Assembly (NCBI GenBank): GCA_021787855.1 | Contig: JAJYLI010000002.1 | Span: 1-49,961 of the forward strand | Direction of reading: 5' to 3' | Length of the DNA stretch: 49,961 nt | From: a bacterium | GTDB lineage: Bacteria; Gemmatimonadota; Gemmatimonadetes; Gemmatimonadales; JACORV01 | Shown here: positions 42,708 through 49,961 of the stretch, in pieces | How positions within the stretch are numbered: position 1 is the first letter of the stretch | Layout: the number at the start of each line of letters is the position of its first letter | The notes under the pieces: generated by a model | The model's database searches: none | The model's input: only the letters and a program-made list of their open reading frames with translations | Told to the model about the DNA's origin: nothing | Made by a program: the position numbers and the translations under genes

Positions 42708-44345
42708 CTACCGCCCCCCCCCGCCTGCCACCGGGGCGGCGGTCAGCGCGCGGCGATACACGCCGGCGTACTCCACGGCGGAGCGCGCCCAGCCGAAGTC
42801 GCGCTCGACGGCGTGCTCGACCATCCACGCCCAGTGCGGCGTGTGGTAGGTGTCCACGGCCAGCTCCAGCGCCTGCCGGAGGGCCGCGGGCGTGTAGGCG
42901 TCGAACAGGAAGCCGGTGCCGCCGTTCTCGATGGTATCCGCCAGGCCGCCCACGCGGCGCGCCACCGGCAGCGTCCCGTAGCGCTGCGCGGTCATCTGGG
43001 TGAGGCCGCACGGCTCGTACAGCGACGGCACCAGGAAGATGTCGGCGCCGGCCATGATGCGCCGCGCCACCCGGTCGCTCCAGCCCAGCCGCACCGCGAC
43101 CCGCTGGTGCGAGCTCGCCGCGACACCCATCAGGGCCGTCTCGTAGCGCGCCTCGCCGCGGCCCTCGAACACGAACTGCGCGCCGTTGCGGAACACCGAC
43201 GGGTCGCCGATGAGCAGGTCCAGGCCCTTCTGCGCCACCAGCCGCGCGGTCATCGCGACCAGCGGCACGCTGAGGCGCTGCGGCAGGCCGAACTGCCGCT
43301 GCAGCGCCGCCTTGCAGCGCCGCTTGCCCGAGAGGTCGTTGGCCGAGAAGTTCGCCGTGAGGCTGGGGTCGGTGGCCGGATCCCACGAGTCGGCGTCAAT
43401 CCCGTTGACGATGCCCGTGAGCCGCTCGCCCAGCGCCTCGAACGCCTGGTGCAGCCCGAACCCGCCCTCCGGCGTCACCAGCTCGCGGGCGTGCGTCGGG
43501 CTCACCGTGGTCACCCAGTCGGCGAAGGCCATCCCGCCCTTGAGGAAGTTCGCGCGGCCGTACCACTCCATCAGCCGCCAGTCGTACAGCCACCCCGGCA
43601 GGCCGATCGCCTCCAGGGTCTCCGGCGGGAAGTGCCCCTGGAACGCGGCGTTGTGGATGGTGAGCACCACGCGGACCCGGTCGTAGAACGCCTCGCGCGC
43701 CGGCGCGCCGACCCGCAGGTACACGGGCAGCAGCGCCGTGTGCCAGTCGTGCACGTGCACCACCACGGGGGCGCCGCACACCCGCGGCAGGGCCTCCAGG
43801 GCCGCGCGCGCGAAGAAGGCGAACCGCAGCGCGTTGTCGCCGAAGTCCCCGCCGGCGACGCCGTACAGCCCCGGGCGGTCGAAGTAGCCGTCGTGCTCGA
43901 TGAAGAACAGCCGCGGCTCGCCGGCCGTGGGGGGGACGCGGAACAGCCGCGCGGACTCCAGGCGCGGCCCCACCTGCACGGTGAACCGCCGCCCCACCGG
44001 CAGCAGCTCCTTCGCCGCGTGGCGCACCGAGCGGTGCAGCGGCAGGATCACCGCGGTCGGCACGCCCGCCCGGGCCTGGAGGCGGGAGAGGCCGGCCACG
44101 GCGTCGGCCAGGCCGCCGCTGTGCGCGTAGGGCGTGTACTCGGCGCACACGTGCACGACCCCGACGGGACCGTCGCCGCTGGTCCCGAGCAGCAGCGGCG
44201 GCGCCGGCGCCGGCGCGCGCCACCGGCTCCCCGGCCCGGCTCCGCCTCCCGGATGCTCCGGCGGCGAGGGAGACGGCGAGGAGGGAGAAGGCACGGTCAC
44301 CGGCCGCTCCGGGTCGCTAGGGTCGTTCCGGCGTCGCTCCAGCAT
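42708..44345 (-). CDS. glgA: glycogen synthase (GT5) with Pro/Ser-rich N-terminal extension
   Basis: ATG at 44345 lies 23 nt after the glgP stop. The core begins VHVCAEYTPYAHSGGLADAV, with HDWHTAL and PSLYEPCGLTQM. A later GTG start is possible. Confidence 0.88.
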   Translation of the reverse strand: MLERRRNDPSDPERPVTVPSPSSPSPSPPEHPGGGAGPGSRWRAPAPAPPLLLGTSGDGPVGVVHVCAEYTPYAHSGGLADAVAGLSRLQARAGVPTAVILPLHRSVRHAAKELLPVGRRFTVQVGPRLESARLFRVPPTAGEPRLFFIEHDGYFDRPGLYGVAGGDFGDNALRFAFFARAALEALPRVCGAPVVVHVHDWHTALLPVYLRVGAPAREAFYDRVRVVLTIHNAAFQGHFPPETLEAIGLPGWLYDWRLMEWYGRANFLKGGMAFADWVTTVSPTHARELVTPEGGFGLHQAFEALGERLTGIVNGIDADSWDPATDPSLTANFSANDLSGKRRCKAALQRQFGLPQRLSVPLVAMTARLVAQKGLDLLIGDPSVFRNGAQFVFEGRGEARYETALMGVAASSHQRVAVRLGWSDRVARRIMAGADIFLVPSLYEPCGLTQMTAQRYGTLPVARRVGGLADTIENGGTGFLFDAYTPAALRQALELAVDTYHTPHWAWMVEHAVERDFGWARSAVEYAGVYRRALTAAPVAGGGGR

Positions 44346-44368
44346 CGTCGTCGGCCACCGGCTCCGTC

Positions 44369-46525
44369 CTACGCGGTCGGAGGATCGTCGCCCGCGCCCT
44401 CGGACCGCAGCGCCGGCAGGTAGTAGCCGCGCACGTACTCCTGGATCATCCGGTGGGCGGTGAACCGCTCGCCGACGGACTTCAGCGCGTGCTTCATCTT
44501 CGCCACCCAGCCCAGCGGCACGCCCTGGGCGTCGCGCTCGTAGAACAGCGGCACCACCTCGTCCTCCAGCAGCCGGTACAGCTCGCCCGCGTCCCACGCG
44601 TCCTCGTCCACGCCCTCGGTCCCGGCCTTGATGGCCCAGCCATTGAGCCCGTCGTAGCCCTCGAACCACCAGCCGTCCAGCGTGCTGAGCTGCGGCACCG
44701 CGTTCAGCGCCGCCTTCATGCCGCTGGTGCCGCAGGCCTCCATCGGCGGGCGCGGCAGGTTGAGCCACAGGTCCACGCCCTGGACCATGCGGTGCGCCAG
44801 GTGCAGCTCGTAGTCCTCGAGGAAGGCGACCCGGCCCTCGAGCTGCGGGTCCCGCGAGAACTGGTACACCTCCTGGAGCATCTTCTTGCCCGGCTCGTCC
44901 TCCGGGTGCGCCTTGCCCGAAAAGATGATCTGGACCGGGCGCCACGGATCCACCAGCAGCTTCCGCAGCCGGTCCAGGTCGCGGAAGATCAGGGTCGAGC
45001 GCTTGTAGGTGGCGAAGCGGCGGCCGAACCCGATGGTGAGCACGTCCGGATCCAGCAGCGTGCCGGCGCCCACCACGTGGGCGGCTTCCTTCCACTCGTC
45101 GGCCCAGCGGCGCCGCGCCTGCTCGCGCACGAAGTGGATCAGGATGGCCTTCAGCTCCTTGTGGACGAACCACAGCACTTCGTCGTCCAGGGTGAGCACC
45201 TTGGCCCAGGCCGCCGGGTCCTCGAGCAGGTTGCCCCAGTCGGCCCCGAGGTGGTTGTCGAGCAGGGCCATCATGCGGTGCGACATCCAGGTGGCCAGGT
45301 GCACCCCGTTGGTCACGTGCCCGATCGGGATCTCGGCCGTGCGGCGGCCCGGCCACAGGTCGCGCCAGATGCGCCGCGACTCGGCGCCGTGCGGCTTGGA
45401 GACGCCGTTCGCGTGTCCCGAGAGCCGCATCGCGAGCGCCGGCATGTGGAACTGCCCGTGGTCGCGGGTGGGGATGTAGCCCAGGCGCATGAACGCGGCC
45501 CGGTCAATCCCCATCTCCTCCCACACCGGCCCCGTGCACGCCTCCACCTGCTCCAGCGAGAAGGCGTCGTGGCCGGCGGGCACCGGCGTGTGCGTGGTGA
45601 ACAGGCTGGTTCCCCGCACCCGCCGGCAGGCCTCGTCGTACGGCACGCCCGCCGCCACCAGCTCGCGCACCCGCTCCACCAGCATGAAGGAGGCGTGGCC
45701 CTCGTTGGCGTGCCACGCCCCGGGGTCGAGCTTCACCGCGCGCAGCACCCGGACCCCGCCCACGCCCAGCACCCACTCCTGCCTGAGCCGCATCTCCGGG
45801 CCGCCGGCGTACAGCCGGCTCGCCAGCGCGCGGTCGGCCGGATCGTTCTCCTCGAGGTTGGTGTCGAGCAGGTAGATCGGCACGCGGCCGACGCGCATGC
45901 GCCACACGCCGATGTGGATCGGCCGGCCGGCGGTGCGCACCACGGCCAGATAGGGCTCGCCCCCCGACCCCAGCAGCGGCTCCAGCGGCGCCTGCACCGG
46001 ATCGAACCGCTCGTCGGTATCCTCCTGCCAGCCGTCGAGCCGGATCCGCTGGTCGAAGTAGCCCTGCGTGTACAGCAGCCCCACCGCGACCAGCGGCACG
46101 CCGAGGTCCGAGCACGCCTTGCAGTGGTCCCCGGCCAGCACGCCGAGGCCGCCGGAGTAGATCGGCACCGAGTTGTGCAGGCCGAACTCCGCGCAGAAAT
46201 ACGCGATGGGCCGGCCGTCGAGGCCGGGCTGCGTGCGCGCCCACCAGGTGAACGCGTTCGAGCCGGTCGCGCGCAGGTTGGCCAGCACGTGGTCGTAGAG
46301 CTGCAGGAACTTGGGGTCGCGCGCGCAGGCCGCCAGCCGGCCGGGATCCACGGTCCGGAGCTGCGCCAGCGGGTTGTGGCGCGTCAGGTGCCACAGCGGC
46401 CGGTCCAGCAGCCGGAACAGGGCGCGGGCCTCGCGATCCCAGCTCCACGCGAGGTTGGTCGCGATCTCGAACAGCCCGTCAATGCGCTCGGGAAGGTACG
46501 GCGTCGCCACCTGAGACCGTCTCAT
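44369..46525 (-). CDS. glgP: alpha-glucan (glycogen) phosphorylase, GT35
   Basis: ATG at 46525 sits next to an AT-rich upstream region. Motifs LAWSWD, YFCAEFG, GGLGVLAGDH and EACGTSGMKAALNAV (PLP lysine region). Confidence 0.9.
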   Translation of the reverse strand: MRRSQVATPYLPERIDGLFEIATNLAWSWDREARALFRLLDRPLWHLTRHNPLAQLRTVDPGRLAACARDPKFLQLYDHVLANLRATGSNAFTWWARTQPGLDGRPIAYFCAEFGLHNSVPIYSGGLGVLAGDHCKACSDLGVPLVAVGLLYTQGYFDQRIRLDGWQEDTDERFDPVQAPLEPLLGSGGEPYLAVVRTAGRPIHIGVWRMRVGRVPIYLLDTNLEENDPADRALASRLYAGGPEMRLRQEWVLGVGGVRVLRAVKLDPGAWHANEGHASFMLVERVRELVAAGVPYDEACRRVRGTSLFTTHTPVPAGHDAFSLEQVEACTGPVWEEMGIDRAAFMRLGYIPTRDHGQFHMPALAMRLSGHANGVSKPHGAESRRIWRDLWPGRRTAEIPIGHVTNGVHLATWMSHRMMALLDNHLGADWGNLLEDPAAWAKVLTLDDEVLWFVHKELKAILIHFVREQARRRWADEWKEAAHVVGAGTLLDPDVLTIGFGRRFATYKRSTLIFRDLDRLRKLLVDPWRPVQIIFSGKAHPEDEPGKKMLQEVYQFSRDPQLEGRVAFLEDYELHLAHRMVQGVDLWLNLPRPPMEACGTSGMKAALNAVPQLSTLDGWWFEGYDGLNGWAIKAGTEGVDEDAWDAGELYRLLEDEVVPLFYERDAQGVPLGWVAKMKHALKSVGERFTAHRMIQEYVRGYYLPALRSEGAGDDPPTA

Positions 46526-46705
46526 ATGCGGTAAGCAAATAACCGGTGCCGGGCGTTTCACGCCAGCGTCCGCGAACGCGCGGCGGCACCAAGCCGAGTG
46601 TGCGGGTGCCGATTCGGCGGCTGCGTCGGACTGCGCCGGCCTCCGGGGCTCCACCGGGGCACGCCGGCGCGGCGTGTCGCGGCGGCGCCACGGCGAATCG
46701 CGCGG

Positions 46706-47764
46706 TCAGGACGGGGTGTCGCGCAGCTCGCGGAGCGCGCCGGCCACGTAGTGGCGCACCATCTTCTTGCGCCAGGCCAGCGCGAAGTCGGTGTTGTCGA
46801 GCGGGGTCGCCAGCGCGGCGGCCGCTTCGGCCACCGGCTCGATCGCCTCGTCCGTGAGGCGGGATCCCGCCAGCGTCGCCGCTTCGGGCACCACCAGGGG
46901 CCGCGAGGCGACGGCGCCAAGCACCACGCGCGCGTCGGCGACCGCACCGCCCGTGGCGAACCGCACCGCCGCCGCGACCCCCAGCACCGGGAAATCGAAC
47001 GACCCGCGGCGCCGCAGCTTCCAGTAGGTCGAGCGCCACCCCGCCGCCGCCGGCAGGTGGACGGCGGTGAGGATCTCGCCCGGCTCCCTGGTGAGATACG
47101 CCATGCCGTCGTCGCGATACAGCTTCTCCAACGGCAGGCGGCGCCGGCCGGCGACCCGCGCCAGCGTGACCGTGGCGCCCAGCGCGATCAGGGCGGGCGC
47201 GGTGTCGGTGCTGCTCACGGCCCAGCAGCGCGGGCTGCTGGTGGCGACCCAGCAGAGGCTCGCGCCGTCCGGAGTCCCACAGGCATGGCCGCCGTTGGAG
47301 CCGGGCGCCTTCATGCACCAGTTGATCGCGCGGCGCCACTCCTCCGACTGGTCGTAGTAGGTGCAGCGCGTGTCGAGGCACAGGTTGCCACCGAGCGTGC
47401 CCATGTTGCGGAGCTGCGGCGTCGCCACCTGGCCCGCCGCGAGCGCCAGCGCGCGGTACCGGCGGCCGACGGCGGGGGCCGCGGCCACCTCGGCCAGCGT
47501 CGTGCAGGCGCCCAGCGTGAGGCCGCCCGCCCTGCGGCCGCCTCCACCCCCGCCCCCACCCCCGCCCGCGCGGACGCCGCGCAGCTCGCCGATCCCCCGG
47601 AGGCCGATGACCAGCGCCGGCGTCTGGGTGCGGCGCTTCATGTTGGGCACCAGGTCGGTGCCGCCGGCCAGCAGCATCGCGGCGTTGCCGCCGTCCTCCA
47701 GGGCCGCCGCCGCGTCGCGGACGCTGCGCGCCGCGTAGTACCGGAAATCCGGCGCGCGCATCAT
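46706..47764 (-). CDS. FAD-binding subunit of a xanthine-dehydrogenase-family enzyme, with Cys-rich insertion (HcrB-like)
   Basis: The ATG at 47764 overlaps the large-subunit stop (ATGA). Motifs LLAGGTDLVPNMK and ATPQLRNMGTLGGNLC. There is an insertion of about 50 aa with 6 Cys before TAPALIALGA, and a poly-Gly run G10. Confidence 0.85.
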   Translation of the reverse strand: MMRAPDFRYYAARSVRDAAAALEDGGNAAMLLAGGTDLVPNMKRRTQTPALVIGLRGIGELRGVRAGGGGGGGGGGRRAGGLTLGACTTLAEVAAAPAVGRRYRALALAAGQVATPQLRNMGTLGGNLCLDTRCTYYDQSEEWRRAINWCMKAPGSNGGHACGTPDGASLCWVATSSPRCWAVSSTDTAPALIALGATVTLARVAGRRRLPLEKLYRDDGMAYLTREPGEILTAVHLPAAAGWRSTYWKLRRRGSFDFPVLGVAAAVRFATGGAVADARVVLGAVASRPLVVPEAATLAGSRLTDEAIEPVAEAAAALATPLDNTDFALAWRKKMVRHYVAGALRELRDTPS

Positions 47765-49961
47765 ACCCGCACCCCCGCCGTGCCCGAGCGGTGCGTGGGC
47801 AGCGCGCCGCTCCCTCCCGTCGCGCCCTCCGGCCGGTTGACCGCGTCGCCGTCGCCGCCCTCCCAGGGCGGCGGCACCACCAGCGGCTCCGGCCACGGGA
47901 CGTCGGGGAACGCGGCCGGCCCCACCCGCGGCTCCTTGCCCTTCGCCTTCGCCTCGAGACCGGCCAGCACCAGCTCCGGCGTGATCGGCACGCGGTCCAC
48001 CCGCACGCCCACCGCGTCGAACACGGCATTGGCCACGGCCGGCGCGATCGGGAGCAGCGGGCCCTGCCCGACTTCCTTGGCGCCGAACGGGCCGTTGGGA
48101 TCGGGCGACTCGACGAAGTAGGTCTCGACCTCCGGCATCTCCAGCGTGGTCGGGCTCTTGTACTCCAGGATCGAGGGGATCCGGTGCACCAGCGCGCCCG
48201 AGAGGCGCGCCGGCAGCCGCCGGAACGCCTGTTCCTCCATCAGCGCCTCGCCCAGGCCCATATAGACGCCGCCCTCGACCTGCCCGCGCGCCAGCACGGG
48301 GTTCAAGACGCGGCCGATGTCGTGCGCGATCCAGACTCTGGGCACGCGCACCAGCCCGGTCGCGGAGTCCACGTCCACTTCCACCACCGAGGCCGTATAG
48401 GAATAGGCGGGCGACGGGCCCACGCCGCCCCCGCGGTAGCGCGCCGCGCTCCGCGGCGGGCGGTAGGAGCCGGTGGTGCCCAGGGTGCCGTGCTCGACCT
48501 CCGCCGCCACCACCGCCTCCTGGAAGGTCAGGCCCGTCCCGGGCGCCTCGACGTCGAACACGCGGCGGTCCGCGAAGCCCAGGCGCGCGGCCGGTACGCC
48601 GAGCTTCCGGGCGGCGGCGTCCGCCAGCAGCGCCCGCGCGCGCTCAGCCGCCTGGATCGCCGCCTGGCCCATCATCAGCGTGACGCGGCTCGAGTAGGAG
48701 CCCAGGTCCACCGGCGTGAGATCGGTGTCGCCCGTGACCAGCCGCACGTCTCCCGCCTCGAGCCCCAGCACCTCGGCCACGATCGCCGCGAGCACGTCGT
48801 CGGAGCCCTGGCCGATCTCGGTCGCGCCGCAGAAGGCCGTCACCCGGCCCGAGCGGTCGAGCTGGAGCTGCACGCCCGAGTGCGGCATCTCGTTCCAGTA
48901 GATCGGCAGGCCCGCGCCCGTCAGGTACGACGAGCAGGCGAGGCCGAGCCCGCGGCCCGTACCCAGGCGTCCGCGGCGCTCGCGCCAGGCGGAGCCCGCA
49001 ACCACGCGCTCGATGCAGGGGCCGAGGCCCATCGAGCCGATCCTGAGCCAGTTCGCCGTCAGCGAGCCGGCGGGCGCGAGCTGCTGGAGCCGCAGGTCCG
49101 CCGGGTCCTTGCCCAGCGCCACCGCGATCTTGTCGAGCTGCACCTCCTGCGCGAACCGCGGCTGCGGCGTGCCGTGGCCGCGCTTGGGCCCGCAGGGCGG
49201 CTTGTTGGTGAAGGCGCGGCAGGCGCGGAACCGGTAGCGCGGCACGTGGTAGGTGACGGTCTGGAGCTGGCCCGTGTAGAGCGTCGAGGCCGCGCCGTAG
49301 CTGCCGTAGGCCCCGCCGTCCAGCAGCGTCTCCAGGTCCATCGCCTCGATGCCGCCGTCCGCGCGAACGGCGGTCCGCAGCCGCATCAGCACCGGGTGCC
49401 GGCCGCGGTGCGCGTAGAAGACCTCCTCCCGGGTCAGCGTGATCTTGACCGGGCGGCCCAGCACCAGCGCCGCCTTCGCCACGACGATCTCGTGATGGAA
49501 CGGGTCCGACTTCCCGCCGAAGCCGCCGCCGTTGGGCGTCGCGATGACGCGCAGCCGGCGCGCGGGCAGGTCCAGCGCGCGGGCCAGCTCGCGATGCACG
49601 TAGTGCGGCGTCTGGGTCGAGGACCACAGCGTGAGCCGGCCGTCGGCATCCAGCGCGGCCACGGCCGCGTGCTGCTCCAGGGGCAGGTGGGTGTTGCCCT
49701 GGTAGAAGAACACGTCGTCGAAGACGCGGTGCGCGCCGGCCCCGCCGGCCAGAACGGGCTCGACGTCGCCGAAGGCGAAGTGCGCGAGGCGGTGGAGGTT
49801 GCCGCCCTCGCCGTAGTCGTGGATGCGGGGCTCCGGCGTGGCCAGCGCCTGCTCCGGCGTGGCGATCGTGGCCAGCGGCTCGTACTCGACACCGATGAGG
49901 GCGAGGGCGTCGGCGGCCTGTCGCTCGCTCGTCGCGACCACCGCCGCCACGGGGTCGCCCA
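47761..49961 (-). CDS. molybdopterin-binding large subunit of a xanthine-dehydrogenase/aldehyde-oxidase-family enzyme (5' end outside the window)
   Basis: Motifs GGGFGGKSD, TGAGLPIYWN, EIGQGSDDVL and GAKEVGQGPLLP. The reading frame stays open to the window edge. Confidence 0.9.
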   Translation of the reverse strand, partial: GDPVAAVVATSERQAADALALIGVEYEPLATIATPEQALATPEPRIHDYGEGGNLHRLAHFAFGDVEPVLAGGAGAHRVFDDVFFYQGNTHLPLEQHAAVAALDADGRLTLWSSTQTPHYVHRELARALDLPARRLRVIATPNGGGFGGKSDPFHHEIVVAKAALVLGRPVKITLTREEVFYAHRGRHPVLMRLRTAVRADGGIEAMDLETLLDGGAYGSYGAASTLYTGQLQTVTYHVPRYRFRACRAFTNKPPCGPKRGHGTPQPRFAQEVQLDKIAVALGKDPADLRLQQLAPAGSLTANWLRIGSMGLGPCIERVVAGSAWRERRGRLGTGRGLGLACSSYLTGAGLPIYWNEMPHSGVQLQLDRSGRVTAFCGATEIGQGSDDVLAAIVAEVLGLEAGDVRLVTGDTDLTPVDLGSYSSRVTLMMGQAAIQAAERARALLADAAARKLGVPAARLGFADRRVFDVEAPGTGLTFQEAVVAAEVEHGTLGTTGSYRPPRSAARYRGGGVGPSPAYSYTASVVEVDVDSATGLVRVPRVWIAHDIGRVLNPVLARGQVEGGVYMGLGEALMEEQAFRRLPARLSGALVHRIPSILEYKSPTTLEMPEVETYFVESPDPNGPFGAKEVGQGPLLPIAPAVANAVFDAVGVRVDRVPITPELVLAGLEAKAKGKEPRVGPAAFPDVPWPEPLVVPPPWEGGDGDAVNRPEGATGGSGALPTHRSGTAGVRV

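Noticed and set aside
44346-45356. N-terminal 337 codons of the 882-aa ORF 42708..45356
   Set aside because: This part overlaps the 3' end of glgP out of frame. Glycogen synthase similarity starts only after ATG 44345.

Overview
This is a very GC-rich, densely packed bacterial chromosomal segment. GC3 is extreme, and protein content and style suggest Gemmatimonadota or a similar phylum, but that is only an inference. I support 44 protein-coding genes and found no rRNA, tRNA, CRISPR array, transposase or integrase.

Gene layout:
- 1-15.9 kb (+): housekeeping genes, many with overlapping stop/start codons. They are an M28-PDZ peptidase, an alpha/beta hydrolase, PolX, Nth, an M20 amidohydrolase, a DUF255 thioredoxin-domain protein, GreA, a cyclophilin and an HD-domain protein. 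An ECF sigma / anti-sigma / Spy-like / TolC / DUF5916 envelope module follows.
- 15.9-18.5 kb: hldD, divergent from a B12-type radical SAM gene.
- 18.6-34 kb: a redox island. It holds a di-heme cytochrome c peroxidase, lipoproteins, a three-gene c-type cytochrome operon, a sigma54-type two-component system, and a divergent pentaheme / MopB / 4Fe-4S / NrfD / tetraheme operon.
- 34-38.8 kb: an ABC-2 exporter whose ATPase is frameshifted, a porin-like outer-membrane protein and lipoproteins.
- 38.9-46.5 kb (-): a glycogen operon, glgP-glgA-GH57 branching enzyme-GH57/DUF3536.
- 46.7-49.96 kb (-): the FAD and molybdopterin subunits of a 4-hydroxybenzoyl-CoA-reductase-like molybdenum hydroxylase, with the large subunit truncated by the window end.

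Most interesting observations:
1. The radical SAM ORF ends at a TGA that reads through as C-U-A-E-P and has a SECIS-like hairpin 11 nt downstream, so it is probably a selenoprotein.
2. The histidine kinase / NtrC-like regulator pair is flanked by two operons encoding 14 CXXCH heme sites plus a Qrc/ACIII-like MopB-FeS-NrfD module. Each operon is preceded by a -24/-12 sigma54 promoter and a shared GGGGG-WTTT-CCCCC palindrome.
3. Two genes have conserved N-termini that extend upstream of any canonical start codon.
4. An AT-rich, rare-codon palindrome lies inside a coding region.
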